NCBI GenBank assembly: GCA_021846685.1
Contig: JAJZWL010000002.1
Location: 9,321-73,320, forward strand
Reading direction: 5' to 3'
Origin: a bacterium
GTDB taxonomy: Bacteria > Patescibacteriota > Dojkabacteria > JAKAPS01 > JAJZLI01
DNA: 64,000 nt
Numbering within the stretch: the first letter of the stretch is position 1; every line of letters begins with the position of its first letter. This document shows positions 52,988 through 64,000 of the stretch, piece by piece. Below the pieces are notes generated by a model, which was not told the DNA's origin, searched no databases, and saw only the letters and a program-made list of their open reading frames with translations. Made by a program: the position numbers and the translations under genes.

Positions 52988-54027
52988 TATTTCTTTTTAA
53001 CACTTGTTTTACTATTAGTACTTGTTTTACTAGGAGTACTAGTTACTTTCTTACCTTGAAGATTTATATAAGTAGTAGGATTAGCAAAGTTATAATTAGA
53101 ATTGAAACTAGTCATTCCTGCACCAAAATATACTTTAGCTGTTGTCCCACTTACAGTTGCCTTATTAATAGTTACTGATTCTTGATATATCCTGTTATCT
53201 GTTAAACCAACCCATTCATTAAGATCTATAGTACTAGTATCTATGGTTATATTATTAAATACTGATTTTAATAAAGATAATAACTTTATACTACCATAAT
53301 CCTTTTTTGGAATTACAGTTACATAATGAGTTACTAGTGTCCCATTTAATACTGAATTTCCCTCAGAATATGAATGAAATTGACTATAATTTATATTTGA
53401 TTGTTGTTCTAACTGAGAAAGGAAACTAAATTCTAAGTTAGGTAATAGTATCCATTTACCTGTTTTAATACCAGAATTTAATACAGAAGGAAATTTAGAG
53501 AAATTTATAAAAAATTGTTTTCCATTCTCTATAAAATTTCCATTAATAAGCAATGATTGAGATCCACTAGAAGAACTTGAAGAAAATTTTTCATTCAAAG
53601 ATGAAGCAGAAGTGATACTCTTTGGATTTTTAAAATTAATTGCACCATTAAATTGCTGATTTATATTACCACCGCTAGCACCTGATGATGTAAGAGAAAA
53701 ATTCACATTATATTTATATGCATTTATTCCCTGATCAGCTGCATATGTTTTTGGTAATATATTCTGAGGAGATCTATTTAAATTTTTTAATACTGGAATA
53801 ACATCTACTACATTAGAAACTCCTGGAATATTTACTCCGAAGTTATACATAGCGAACAACATTCCTACTAAAACAACAAATATAACTAAAACAACTAAAG
53901 ATCCAATAACCTTAGGTCTTTTATCTTTATCTGCAAATGATGATTTTTTATACATATCTGAAAAAAATGAACTGTTCTTGGGATTTTCTACACTTGAATC
54001 TGTATTTACTTTTTTTAAATTTGCCAT
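52987..54027 (-). CDS. Hypothetical membrane-anchored beta-rich protein (possibly LolA/LppX-like fold)
   Basis: TM near residue 40-62; beta-rich with GKWI, G..VTHY, W.G..D..I motifs. Confidence 0.6.
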   Translation of the reverse strand: MANLKKVNTDSSVENPKNSSFFSDMYKKSSFADKDKRPKVIGSLVVLVIFVVLVGMLFAMYNFGVNIPGVSNVVDVIPVLKNLNRSPQNILPKTYAADQGINAYKYNVNFSLTSSGASGGNINQQFNGAINFKNPKSITSASSLNEKFSSSSSSGSQSLLINGNFIENGKQFFINFSKFPSVLNSGIKTGKWILLPNLEFSFLSQLEQQSNINYSQFHSYSEGNSVLNGTLVTHYVTVIPKKDYGSIKLLSLLKSVFNNITIDTSTIDLNEWVGLTDNRIYQESVTINKATVSGTTAKVYFGAGMTSFNSNYNFANPTTYINLQGKKVTSTPSKTSTNSKTSVKKK

Positions 54028-54244
54028 AACGTTTTCCTTTTTTATAGTAGTAATTAAAATATTTTATAAAAATATATTACTATGATATATAAATACAAAT
54101 CATATGTCAAATATGGATTATATAGATATAAATATACTAAAACAAAATCTTAATTAAATCCCATAAAATACTCAGAGATTTAATTTTTATATCTACAATA
54201 ATGTATAATAAATTACTAAGAGTATAAGAACTACATATTAATAT

Positions 54245-56236
54245 ATGATTAAAAAGGAAAAATTTCAATTAGTATCTAAATTTAAACCAGAAGGAGATCA
54301 ACCTAAGGCTATCTCTTATTTAACAGAAGGATTAAATAAAGGAGTCCAGAATCAGACTTTAATGGGAGTCACTGGCTCTGGAAAAACATTTGTGATGTCA
54401 AATATAATTAATAATATTAATAAGCCAACTTTAGTAATTGCACACAATAAAACACTAGCTGCTCAGTTAGCATCTGAATTCAGAAATTTTTTTCCTCATA
54501 ATGCAGTTGCATATTTTGTGTCTTATTATGACTATTATCAACCAGAGGCATACATACCTACAAAAGACTTATACATTGAAAAAGAAACTCAAATAAATCA
54601 AGAAATAGAACAATATAGAAATAAAGCAACTCAGTCTTTAATAACTAGAAATGATGTCATTATTGTAGCTTCAGTATCATGTATATATGGTTTAGGAAAT
54701 CCTACTGATTATGAGAATTTAGCAATTGAATTAAAAACCGGGATGTATATAAAAAGGTCAGATTTAATAATTTCCTTATTAAACATACAATATGAAAGGA
54801 ATGATTTTGAATACAAAAGAGGAACTTTTAGTATAAAAGGAAATATTGTAGAAATTTTTCCACAATATGAAGATACCGTTATAAGATTAGAAATATATGA
54901 TCAATTAATTGAAGAGATTAGAGTTATTGATCCATTTTCAAGAACTAAAGGAGAAAAGAAAGATAGTATATATATATTCCCAGCAAAGCAATATACAGTA
55001 AGACAAGAAAATTTAAATTCTGCAATTAAGAACATAAAAGAAGAATTAAAAGAACAATTAGAATATTTCAGAAAAAAAGATATGATAGTAGAGGCAAAAA
55101 GATTAGAACAGAGGGTTAATTTTGATATAGAAATGATGCAAGAAATGGGGTATTGTCAAGGTATAGAAAATTATTCACGACATATAGAAGGTAGAGCAAA
55201 AGGATCAGCTCCATATACACTAATAGATTTTTTCCCAAAAGATTATCTACTTATAATAGATGAAAGTCACATTACTATACCTCAAATAAGAAGCATGCAT
55301 CTTGGTGATTATCAGAGAAAAAAAACTTTGGTTGAATATGGATTCAGATTACCATCAGCTATAGATAATCGACCATTAAATTTTGAAGAATTCAAAAAGA
55401 AAATTAATAAAGTGATTTATGTTTCTGCCACTCCAAATGAATATGAAATTAATTTGGCAAAAAATGATACAAAGAAATTAAAAAATTATCCAGAAGAAGG
55501 AATTGTAGAACAAATAATAAGACCTACAATGTTAATCGATCCAGAAGTAGAAATAAGAAAATCTGAAGGACAAATAGATGACATTAAAAAAGAGATTACA
55601 AAAAGAGTTAAAAAAAATGAAAGAACTATAATTATAACTTTAACAAAAAAAATGTCAGAAGAATTAAATAAATATTTAATAGATAATAATTTTAAAACTC
55701 AATACCTACATAGTGATATAGATACTATTGAAAGAACAGAAGTACTAAGAGATTTAAGATTAGGACATTATGATGTTATTGTAGGAATAAATTTACTTAG
55801 AGAAGGACTAGATTTGCCAGAAGTATCTCTAATAATAATACTTGATGCTGATAAAGAAGGATTTTTAAGATCAAAACAGTCTCTTATACAAATAATGGGC
55901 AGGGCAGCTAGACACCAAAATGGAAGAGTAATCATGTATGCAGATGTTATTACAAAATCAATGCAAAGCGCTATAGATGAAACACTTCGAAGAAGAAAGA
56001 TACAACTAGAGTATAATATAAAGAATCAATTAGAACCTAAAAGTATAAATAAAGCTATAGATATACAAATAGAGAGAAAGAGGAAGGATGACAGTTTGAA
56101 TAAAGATGATATTTCTGATACAAAAGAATTGATAAAAGATCTCACTAAACAAATGAATGAATATGCAGACAAGATGCATTTTGAAAAAGCTGCTAAAATA
56201 AGAGATCAAATTAGAGAATTAAAATTATTATCTTAA
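54245..56236 (+). CDS. uvrB: Excinuclease ABC subunit B
   Basis: GVTGSGKT, HNKTLAAQL, YYDYYQPEAY, DESH, GINLLREGLDLPEV, FE.AA..RD. Confidence 0.98.
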   Translation: MIKKEKFQLVSKFKPEGDQPKAISYLTEGLNKGVQNQTLMGVTGSGKTFVMSNIINNINKPTLVIAHNKTLAAQLASEFRNFFPHNAVAYFVSYYDYYQPEAYIPTKDLYIEKETQINQEIEQYRNKATQSLITRNDVIIVASVSCIYGLGNPTDYENLAIELKTGMYIKRSDLIISLLNIQYERNDFEYKRGTFSIKGNIVEIFPQYEDTVIRLEIYDQLIEEIRVIDPFSRTKGEKKDSIYIFPAKQYTVRQENLNSAIKNIKEELKEQLEYFRKKDMIVEAKRLEQRVNFDIEMMQEMGYCQGIENYSRHIEGRAKGSAPYTLIDFFPKDYLLIIDESHITIPQIRSMHLGDYQRKKTLVEYGFRLPSAIDNRPLNFEEFKKKINKVIYVSATPNEYEINLAKNDTKKLKNYPEEGIVEQIIRPTMLIDPEVEIRKSEGQIDDIKKEITKRVKKNERTIIITLTKKMSEELNKYLIDNNFKTQYLHSDIDTIERTEVLRDLRLGHYDVIVGINLLREGLDLPEVSLIIILDADKEGFLRSKQSLIQIMGRAARHQNGRVIMYADVITKSMQSAIDETLRRRKIQLEYNIKNQLEPKSINKAIDIQIERKRKDDSLNKDDISDTKELIKDLTKQMNEYADKMHFEKAAKIRDQIRELKLLS

Positions 56237-56270
56237 GATGTTTTTCATAATTTAAATTTATCATAAAGTA

Positions 56271-57317
56271 ATGGTTATAGACCTAGAACATAATAAAAAT
56301 CAGATATCAAAAGAAATAAAACCAAAAAAACACAGGAAATTAAAAATAACTGTATTAGTAATAGTAATTTTAATTCTCTTTTTCGGATTTTTATTTGTAA
56401 AATCAGGGTATTTACAAGTTACTTACGATATATTTAAAATTACAGGAAATACTGTAAAAAGAACAAAGACTGAACAAGCCATACATTATAAATATGATAA
56501 CAGTAATAAATTTATTAATATTTTGATTCTAGGATCTGATACAGATCAAAAATTTAATCCTAATTCAATATTAACTCAGACAATAATGATAGCTAGTGTA
56601 AACCCTTATCAGAAAAAAATTTATATGATTTCTATTCCAAGAGATTTTTGGATTAAAATTCCTGGTTATAAAGCTAATAATGGTTATTCAAAATTTGATA
56701 CTGCATCAGAAATAGGTGGTATAGGATTAACAAGACAATTAGTTGAGCAATATTTTGGAATTCAAATTAATTATTATGCATGGATAGGTCTAAATGGGTT
56801 CGTAAAATTAATTAATACATTTGGAGGAGTAAATGTTGTTCCAACTCATCCAGTATTGGACTGGAGTTATCCAAATGATATATCTGGAAATCCAAAGCTA
56901 TTATACTCTGCAATTAACTTATATATATCTGGAGCACCTCAGTATATGACAGGAACAAGGACACTAGAATATGTTAGATCTAGACATGGAGATTTAATGG
57001 GAGACTTTGGAAGATCTAAAAGACAACAACAAGTACTTAGAATACTAAAAAATAAATTAGATAATACTAGTACTATAGCTGACATTCCTTCTCTCTTTAA
57101 TAGCCTAAGCTCAATTGTAAGGACTGATATGACTATTCCAGAAGTACTTAAATTATCTCAAATAGCACTTTCTCTTAAAAATGCAAAAATACAATCCATA
57201 ATACTTTCTCCTCCTAAATATTCATCAGTACCGAATTATTTGATTGGAGGCCAAAGCGTAGTTTTACCTAATTGGACAGCAATACATAAATTATTTTATA
57301 AATTATACGGGAATTAA
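56271..57317 (+). CDS. LCP (LytR-CpsA-Psr) family glycopolymer transferase
   Basis: TM helix, NILILG.D, ISIPRD, LEYVR.RH..GDFGR..RQQ.V. Confidence 0.92.
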   Translation: MVIDLEHNKNQISKEIKPKKHRKLKITVLVIVILILFFGFLFVKSGYLQVTYDIFKITGNTVKRTKTEQAIHYKYDNSNKFINILILGSDTDQKFNPNSILTQTIMIASVNPYQKKIYMISIPRDFWIKIPGYKANNGYSKFDTASEIGGIGLTRQLVEQYFGIQINYYAWIGLNGFVKLINTFGGVNVVPTHPVLDWSYPNDISGNPKLLYSAINLYISGAPQYMTGTRTLEYVRSRHGDLMGDFGRSKRQQQVLRILKNKLDNTSTIADIPSLFNSLSSIVRTDMTIPEVLKLSQIALSLKNAKIQSIILSPPKYSSVPNYLIGGQSVVLPNWTAIHKLFYKLYGN

Positions 57318-57319
57318 AT

Positions 57320-58480
57320 ATGGATTTTTCAAAAGAAAATAAAATATCAGAGACAAAAAATATTCATAATAATGTAACCAAGAAAAAAGGTAAGTTTAAA
57401 TACATAGTATTGATAGGAATACTCTTAATTATTGGCTATTTTATAGTGAAATATAATGCAATTATAACTAATATTTTAAACCCTAAAAACTTACATTCTG
57501 AAATATCAAAAAATGTAACATTATCTAGTCAATACAACTTAAATGGCAAATTATATTTCGTAAAAAATAATAATCTATGGGAAATTTCTGGACATAATGC
57601 TCACAAAATAACAACATCTGGAAATATTTCAGATATTGCAATTTCTAAAAATGGTAAACATGTTGCATTTGTAACATTTCATCTTAATTTTTCTAACTTA
57701 CATCAAATGAATATTAATGGAAAAAATGATGTTAGAATAACAAATTGGAGAAACCCTAATATAAATTATGAAGCTTGGTCTGCTACGCCAACATACTCTC
57801 CTAATGGTCAGTATATTGCATATATGACAAATATAAGAAAATTAATCACTGGGATCCCTAGAGCAGGACTAGGGGTCTGGATGCTACCTTCAAATAGTAG
57901 ATTCAATTCATATAGCTCTCAACTACAAGGAGAGAAAGAACTAACAATACCTACTAGATATACAGGTGGGGATGCAGGTGTAACTTGGCCAAATAGTAAT
58001 TTTCTTCTTTATACTTATTATATTTACTATACAGGAATAGCTCAGCCTGATTCCCAAATAATGCTTTATGATTTTTCTACTCAACAATCATATCCAGTAA
58101 CACCTACAATTTCTGAGGCTATGGAACCAAGACTTTCTCCTAATGGGAAATACTTATCTTTTACTCAGAGAACAGGAAATAATGGCAATTATCTATATAC
58201 AATGCAATTTAATTTTAATTCTATATTAAATCATACTGAAACTAGTAGTTTTAATACATATAAATCTACTCTTCAATTAGTAAATCAAGGAGTTAATTCT
58301 CATCCTACATGGAGTCCAAAAGGAAATAATCTATCATTTATTACTTTATCTAATGGATCTTTTGATATAGCAGTAAAACATGTTAATTATAAAAATAATG
58401 GACAATTAAAATTTGGACAACTAAAATATATTACAAAAAGTAGTAATATAGATAGTACCTCAAAAATGTATTGGTTATAA
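57320..58480 (+). CDS. Membrane-anchored PD40/TolB-like beta-propeller
   Basis: TM helix; repeats S.NGK..AF, P.YSPNG..IAY, P.LSPNG, PTWSP.G. Confidence 0.8.
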   Translation: MDFSKENKISETKNIHNNVTKKKGKFKYIVLIGILLIIGYFIVKYNAIITNILNPKNLHSEISKNVTLSSQYNLNGKLYFVKNNNLWEISGHNAHKITTSGNISDIAISKNGKHVAFVTFHLNFSNLHQMNINGKNDVRITNWRNPNINYEAWSATPTYSPNGQYIAYMTNIRKLITGIPRAGLGVWMLPSNSRFNSYSSQLQGEKELTIPTRYTGGDAGVTWPNSNFLLYTYYIYYTGIAQPDSQIMLYDFSTQQSYPVTPTISEAMEPRLSPNGKYLSFTQRTGNNGNYLYTMQFNFNSILNHTETSSFNTYKSTLQLVNQGVNSHPTWSPKGNNLSFITLSNGSFDIAVKHVNYKNNGQLKFGQLKYITKSSNIDSTSKMYWL

Positions 58481-58520
58481 AAATAATACAAATATGTGTT
58501 AAAATAGAAAACCAAAAATT

Positions 58521-61355
58521 ATGGATAACTCTAAAATTATAATAAAAGGTGCTAGAGAAAATAATTTAAAAAATATAGATCTAGAAATACCTAAAAATAA
58601 ACTAGTTGTAATAACCGGTGTATCTGGTTCTGGAAAATCATCGTTAGCTTTTGATACTATCTATGCAGAAGGACAAAGAAGATATGTAGAGTCACTTTCT
58701 TCGTATGCGAGGCAATTTTTGGGAGTAATGAAGAAACCTGATTTAGATTATATAGATGGACTCTCTCCTGCAATATCAATAGATCAAAAAACAGCCAGTA
58801 GAAATCCTCGCTCCACAGTTGGTACAACAACTGAAATATATGACTATCTTAGATTATTATATTCTAAAATTGGAACTCCTTATTGCCCTAATTGTGGGAA
58901 TAAAATAGAACATCAAACTATAGAACAAATTACTGAAGAAATTTTAAAAATAAAAGATAAAAAAATAATAATTCTATCTCCTATAATAAGAAATAAAAAA
59001 GGAGAATATAGTGAAATTTTGGAAAATTTTTTCTCTAAAGGTTTTACAAGGGCAAGAATTGATAAAGTTTTTTATTCACTAGATGAAGAAATTCATTTAG
59101 ATAGATATAAATCTCATAATATAGATATAGTACTTAATAGGCTTATCATAAAAGATACTGAATCGGATATAAAAAGTAGAATCAATGAATCTGTAGAAAG
59201 AGCTATCAATCTTTCCGAAGGAGAAGTTATTATTTATATAGAAGATGATAATAAAGATATATTATATTCCGAAAATTTATCTTGTTTAAATTGTCATACT
59301 TCTATACCAGAAATACAACCAAATACATTCTCATTTAATTCCCCATATGGTGCTTGTGAAAAATGTTCTGGGTTAGGAATAATCGAAACACTAGAAGAAG
59401 AGTTAATTTATAATCCAAAACTTACTTTTATGGAAGGAGGTATATATTTATTGTCCAATGAAATTACTCATTATAAGTCTTCTTGGATTATTAAAATAAT
59501 ACAATCAATGGCATTAAAAAATAATATTCCTCTAGATATTCCTTTCTGTGATTATACTAAAGAGCAACTTAAAATATTAATGTATGGGACTGGAGACAGG
59601 ACTTATGAAATACAATATAAACCAAGAATGAGGAGTATAAAAAAATATACAGTAACTTTCAAAGGTATTATTCCTCATTTATTAGAAAAATATACTAATG
59701 GATCTGAATCTACAAAAAGAGAAATTTCAGAATATATGAAACAAATGACATGTGAGGTATGCGAAGGAACAAAATTAAATAAAATAGCAAGATCAATTAA
59801 AATTAATGGTAAATCTATAGATGAAATTAGTAAAATACATATTGATGAATTCGTAGATTGGATATCAAAAATTAAAGATAATTTTTCTGAATCTGAGAAA
59901 ATTATTTCAAAACAAATACTACAAGAAATAGAGAGTAGATCAAAATTTTTAGATGCTGTAGGTGTATGGTATTTATCCTTAGATAGATCTTCTAAAACTT
60001 TAGCTGGAGGAGAAGCACAAAGAATAAGATTGGCTTCCCAAATTGGCTCTAGATTATCTGGAATTTTATATGTACTTGATGAGCCATCAATAGGATTACA
60101 TCAAAGAGATAATATGAAATTAATAGAGACTTTGAAAAATTTAAGAGATCTGGGAAATACTGTAATTGTAGTAGAACATGATGAAGAAACCATGGAAAAT
60201 GCTGACTATATCTTTGATATAGGAAAAGGAGCAGGAGAATATGGAGGTAATGTAATTGCACAAGGAGATTTTAATGATATAAAAAATTCGAAAGAATCCA
60301 TTACAGGAAGATATTTATCTAAAAAGGAAAAAATAAATGTACCAAAAAAAAGAAGAGAATTTGATAAAAATTTAGAAATAAAAGGAGCTAAAGAACATAA
60401 CTTAAAGAATATAGAAGTTAAAATACCACTAGAAGTATTAACTGTCATTACTGGAGTCTCTGGTTCAGGAAAAAGTACACTCATTAATGACATACTATAT
60501 CCTTATATATCAAATAGTCTATATAATACCAGGAAAATAGTAGGGGAATGTGAATACATCGATGGAATAGAGAATATAAATAAAATTATTGATATAGACC
60601 AATCACCAATAGGAAAAACTCCTAGGTCTAATCCAGCAACTTATACTGGAGCATTTACATTCATAAGAGACCTTTTTGCTATGACAAAAGAATCTAAAAT
60701 GAAGGGATATAAAGCAGGAAGATTTAGTTTTAATGTAAAAGGAGGTCGGTGTGAAACATGTAAAGGAGACGGAATTATCAAGATTGAAATGCAATTTCTT
60801 CCTGATATATATGTAACATGTGAAGAATGTAAAGGAAAAAGATATAATAAAGAAGCCTTAGAAATAACATATAAAGGAAAAAATATATCGGAAGTACTAG
60901 ATATGAATATAAAAGAAGCAATTCCTTTCTTTGAAAATATATCTTCTATAAAAACAAAATTAGAAACATTGAATGATGTAGGACTAGGATATATTAAATT
61001 AGGACAAAGTGCTACAACTTTATCTGGAGGAGAATCTCAAAGAATTAAACTTGCAACAGAATTATCTAGACGGGCAACTGGAAAGACTCTATATATTCTA
61101 GATGAGCCTACTACAGGACTTCACTTCGATGATATTAAAAAATTATTAAAAGTATTAAGTAAATTAGTAGATCAAAAAAATACAGTACTCGTTATTGAGC
61201 ACAATATGGATGTAATTAAAACGGCAGACTGGATTATAGACCTAGGTAAAGAAGGAGGAGATAGGGGAGGAGAAATAATATTTGCAGGTACCCCAGAAAA
61301 TATAGTAAAAAATCAAAATAGCTATACTGGACAATACCTTAAAAAATATTTATAA
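58521..61355 (+). CDS. uvrA: Excinuclease ABC subunit A
   Basis: Two Walker A motifs [15 protein letters not shown], zinc fingers, L.GGE.QR, LDEP. Confidence 0.98.
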   Translation: MDNSKIIIKGARENNLKNIDLEIPKNKLVVITGVSGSGKSSLAFDTIYAEGQRRYVESLSSYARQFLGVMKKPDLDYIDGLSPAISIDQKTASRNPRSTVGTTTEIYDYLRLLYSKIGTPYCPNCGNKIEHQTIEQITEEILKIKDKKIIILSPIIRNKKGEYSEILENFFSKGFTRARIDKVFYSLDEEIHLDRYKSHNIDIVLNRLIIKDTESDIKSRINESVERAINLSEGEVIIYIEDDNKDILYSENLSCLNCHTSIPEIQPNTFSFNSPYGACEKCSGLGIIETLEEELIYNPKLTFMEGGIYLLSNEITHYKSSWIIKIIQSMALKNNIPLDIPFCDYTKEQLKILMYGTGDRTYEIQYKPRMRSIKKYTVTFKGIIPHLLEKYTNGSESTKREISEYMKQMTCEVCEGTKLNKIARSIKINGKSIDEISKIHIDEFVDWISKIKDNFSESEKIISKQILQEIESRSKFLDAVGVWYLSLDRSSKTLAGGEAQRIRLASQIGSRLSGILYVLDEPSIGLHQRDNMKLIETLKNLRDLGNTVIVVEHDEETMENADYIFDIGKGAGEYGGNVIAQGDFNDIKNSKESITGRYLSKKEKINVPKKRREFDKNLEIKGAKEHNLKNIEVKIPLEVLTVITGVSGSGKSTLINDILYPYISNSLYNTRKIVGECEYIDGIENINKIIDIDQSPIGKTPRSNPATYTGAFTFIRDLFAMTKESKMKGYKAGRFSFNVKGGRCETCKGDGIIKIEMQFLPDIYVTCEECKGKRYNKEALEITYKGKNISEVLDMNIKEAIPFFENISSIKTKLETLNDVGLGYIKLGQSATTLSGGESQRIKLATELSRRATGKTLYILDEPTTGLHFDDIKKLLKVLSKLVDQKNTVLVIEHNMDVIKTADWIIDLGKEGGDRGGEIIFAGTPENIVKNQNSYTGQYLKKYL

Positions 61356-62000
61356 AATTTTATTATTCTTAATTAAATCTAAAATTGATAAAGGATCTTG
61401 AGCTTCTGTATACTTATAATATTTTTTATTATCAAATGACCTTTTATCCCCCCAACTAGCTTTTATAAATTTAATATCTATATTTTGAGAAATATCAATA
61501 TCTTCATTTGCGTCTCCAATATAAATAATTTCATTTTTATTTAATTCTAATTTTTTTAAAGTCTTTAATATACCTTCAGGGTTTGGTTTACTCAGTACAA
61601 CATCATCCTGTGTGATAATTGAAGAAAAAAAATCCTTTATATGAAGATGCTCACTAACTATATATACCCTGTTAGCCGGAGCACCTGTAATTAATGCCAA
61701 TCTATATTTAGAAGATAAATCTTGTAATAATTCTAATATACCAGGGAAAAGTTTGATTTCGCTTTTATAATTAACAGAGTAATAATAATTAAAAATCCTC
61801 ATAGCATCTTTTAAATCTTCTTCTTTTTTTAAAAATCCTAAAATTATTTCTTGTTGAGGTTTCCCAATGCTATAAGATATATCTGATACACTAATATCAA
61901 TACCTAATTTAAAAAAAGTTTTTCTAAAACAATCTATAATGAAACTATAATCATCAACGATTGTATTATCAAAATCGAAAAAAATACTTTTAATTATCAT
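61350..62000 (-). CDS. HAD family hydrolase (phosphoglycolate phosphatase-like)
   Basis: FDFDNT, LFPG, KPNPE, YIGD..D, WG. Confidence 0.9.
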   Translation of the reverse strand: MIIKSIFFDFDNTIVDDYSFIIDCFRKTFFKLGIDISVSDISYSIGKPQQEIILGFLKKEEDLKDAMRIFNYYYSVNYKSEIKLFPGILELLQDLSSKYRLALITGAPANRVYIVSEHLHIKDFFSSIITQDDVVLSKPNPEGILKTLKKLELNKNEIIYIGDANEDIDISQNIDIKFIKASWGDKRSFDNKKYYKYTEAQDPLSILDLIKNNKIL

Positions 62001-62002
62001 AA

Positions 62003-63709
62003 CTATTTTCTCCTAAACTTTTTTAATAATTCATCTAATGGAATCTCATATGTTGTAGGTCTACCATGAGGACAGAAATATGGATCCTTACATTCTTTTA
62101 AATCTTCTATTATTTTTATCATCTTATCGTTTTCTAATTTATCACCAAACCTTACACTAGAATGACAAGCAATGGTTGCTATAATATAATGTTCCTTATC
62201 TTCTGTTCTATTAAATTTATACTCTTTTATATCAGCTATGAGATCATTTACAAATAATTCTAAATTAATATCTTTTAAAATTAATGGCAATGAAGATATT
62301 TTAATTATATTATCTCCAAATATTTCAAAATCTAATCCTGTTTTTTGAAATGTCTCCAAATTATTTGAAAATATTAAAAAATCTTTTTCATTTAATTCAA
62401 TAGAATAGGGAATTAAAAAACTTTGTAATTCAATATTAGAAGTAGAATAATGTTCTCTAATTTTTTCATACATTACTCTTTCTGAAGCCGCATGTTGATC
62501 TATTATTTGTAATTTATCTTCAAAAGAAGTAATTATAAATTTATTAAATAATTGAAGAACATTAAAATTATTTTTATTCACTGATATATCCAATAAATTA
62601 AGACCGCTTTGAATATTTAATCTTTGTTGATTAGTATTTAAATTTTGATCATGATTTTTCTCAGGATATACAAATCTTTGACTATGAGTAATATCTTGAT
62701 CTTGATTTCTATTTTTAGAGATAGGGTAGAAGCTAGAACTTTTACTTCCTGTTAAAAGTTTGTTGATCTCAGTTTTTATAATACTATATACTTTATTTAA
62801 ATCATTAAATCTAACTTCCATTTTTCTAGGATGAACATTTACATCTACTGCATCAGGATTAATATCTATATTAATCAAGTAAATAGGATATCTATTATTA
62901 TCCAAGAAATTAGAGTAACCATCAATAACAGCCTTTGATATGGCATTATTAGATACTATTCTTTTATTTACATAGATATACTGATAATCTTTTCCACTTC
63001 TGGTTATTTCAGGAACTGATATAAATCCAGATATAGAAATATCTTCAGTTAAATAATTTAATTTTAAAAACTTATATTCACCTTTAGGAAGAATTTTTTT
63101 GAATCTATTTTCAATATCTTCAGGGAAAAAATCATACACTAAATTTCCTTTTTTAAAAAGTTTAAAATATATATTAGAGTTTACTAACGATATATCTTCA
63201 AAAATACTTAATATGTATCTATACTCAGTCTCTTCACTTTTCATAAATTTTAATCTTGCAGGAGTATTATAAAAGATATCTTTTACTTCTATACTTGTAC
63301 CTATTTTAGCCCCAAATTCTGAAATTTTCACAATTTTCCCTCCAAATACTTCCATTTTATATCCAAAATCTTGATTTATTTTTTTAGATATAATTATAGT
63401 TTTTGACACAGAAACAATAGATGGTAATGCCTCACCTCTAAAACCAAATGTATGTATACTATATAAATCATCCTCACGAGATATCTTTGAAGTAGCAAAT
63501 CTTTTTATAGCCAAACTAAGATCATCTTTGCTCATTCCAGAACCATCATCATCAACCCTAATATCTGTACCATCTATATATACATTTATATTTAATGCAT
63601 TAGAATCAATTGCATTTTCAAGTAACTCCTTTAACACAGCAGATGGTCTATCTATTACTTCTCCTGCAGCTATTTTATTTGAAAGATTCTCTGATAAAAT
63701 TTTAATCAT
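62003..63709 (-). CDS. mutL: DNA mismatch repair protein MutL
   Basis: IAAGEVI.RP..V.KEL.EN..D, GFRGEAL.SI, DVNVHP.K.EVRF, DQHAA.ER, CPHGRP. Confidence 0.97.
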   Translation of the reverse strand: MIKILSENLSNKIAAGEVIDRPSAVLKELLENAIDSNALNINVYIDGTDIRVDDDGSGMSKDDLSLAIKRFATSKISREDDLYSIHTFGFRGEALPSIVSVSKTIIISKKINQDFGYKMEVFGGKIVKISEFGAKIGTSIEVKDIFYNTPARLKFMKSEETEYRYILSIFEDISLVNSNIYFKLFKKGNLVYDFFPEDIENRFKKILPKGEYKFLKLNYLTEDISISGFISVPEITRSGKDYQYIYVNKRIVSNNAISKAVIDGYSNFLDNNRYPIYLINIDINPDAVDVNVHPRKMEVRFNDLNKVYSIIKTEINKLLTGSKSSSFYPISKNRNQDQDITHSQRFVYPEKNHDQNLNTNQQRLNIQSGLNLLDISVNKNNFNVLQLFNKFIITSFEDKLQIIDQHAASERVMYEKIREHYSTSNIELQSFLIPYSIELNEKDFLIFSNNLETFQKTGLDFEIFGDNIIKISSLPLILKDINLELFVNDLIADIKEYKFNRTEDKEHYIIATIACHSSVRFGDKLENDKMIKIIEDLKECKDPYFCPHGRPTTYEIPLDELLKKFRRK

Positions 63710-64000
63710 AATTTATTTTTTAATTCTAATAATTTTGCAAAGGCATCAATTGGTGTCAATGTATTTAAATCCAAATTTTTAATTTCTTTTTCAATCTCTG
63801 ATTCTATATAATCAGTATCTTTAAAAAAACTTTCTTGAACTATTTTTTTATTATATTTAGTCTTTTTATTTTCAAATTGAGATAATATTTCAAAAGCTCT
63901 ATTTACTAAACTATCAGGAAGTTTTGCTAATTTAGCAACATGAATCCCATAACTTCTATCAGTACCTCCTTCTTTTAACTTCCTTAAAAATATAATTTCT
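63706..64000 (-). CDS. mutS: DNA mismatch repair protein MutS, 3' end (partial)
   Basis: Hand translation [43 protein letters not shown]; stop overlaps the mutL start (ATGA). Confidence 0.92.
   Translation of the reverse strand, partial: EIIFLRKLKEGGTDRSYGIHVAKLAKLPDSLVNRAFEILSQFENKKTKYNKKIVQESFFKDTDYIESEIEKEIKNLDLNTLTPIDAFAKLLELKNKL

Noticed and set aside
54028..54244. Replication origin or LexA box in the long AT-rich spacer before uvrB
   Set aside because: No TTATCCACA cluster and no match to GAAC-N4-GTTC or CTGT-N8-ACAG

Overview
Very AT-rich, densely coding bacterial chromosome segment in genetic code 11. Gene content and protein style suggest a reduced Patescibacteria/CPR-type genome; this is inference from the gene set, the short AtpH and the N-terminal style of FtsZ. 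Most of the window is housekeeping: class II ribonucleotide reductase plus cobalamin adenosyltransferase, a surface-glycan cluster, murB/murF/ddl/mraY, leuS, a full F1Fo ATP synthase operon, rplU/rpmA/rplS/rnhB, dnaE, gatCAB, ftsQAZ, three tRNAs, uvrB/uvrA, mutL and the 3' end of mutS. Main unexplained signals: (1) an uncalled 52-aa LysW-like zinc-ribbon gene ending in EEEK, divergent from a leuS-PLP enzyme-ATP-grasp operon, a candidate carrier-protein system; (2) a RelB/YafQ-type toxin-antitoxin insert between two ~150-bp direct repeats that decayed reciprocally; (3) a secreted beta-propeller resembling tetrathionate hydrolases, with Asp/Glu-poor exported proteins hinting at an acidic habitat; (4) pervasive leaderless promoter architecture with one perfect Shine-Dalgarno at atpE; (5) a Trm11-like methyltransferase between rplU and rpmA, a pseudo-Fic after ftsZ, a tandem pseudo-acylphosphatase and a tRNA-Gly with a non-canonical 2:71 pair. 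Family calls rest on motif recognition by eye; no database searches were run.
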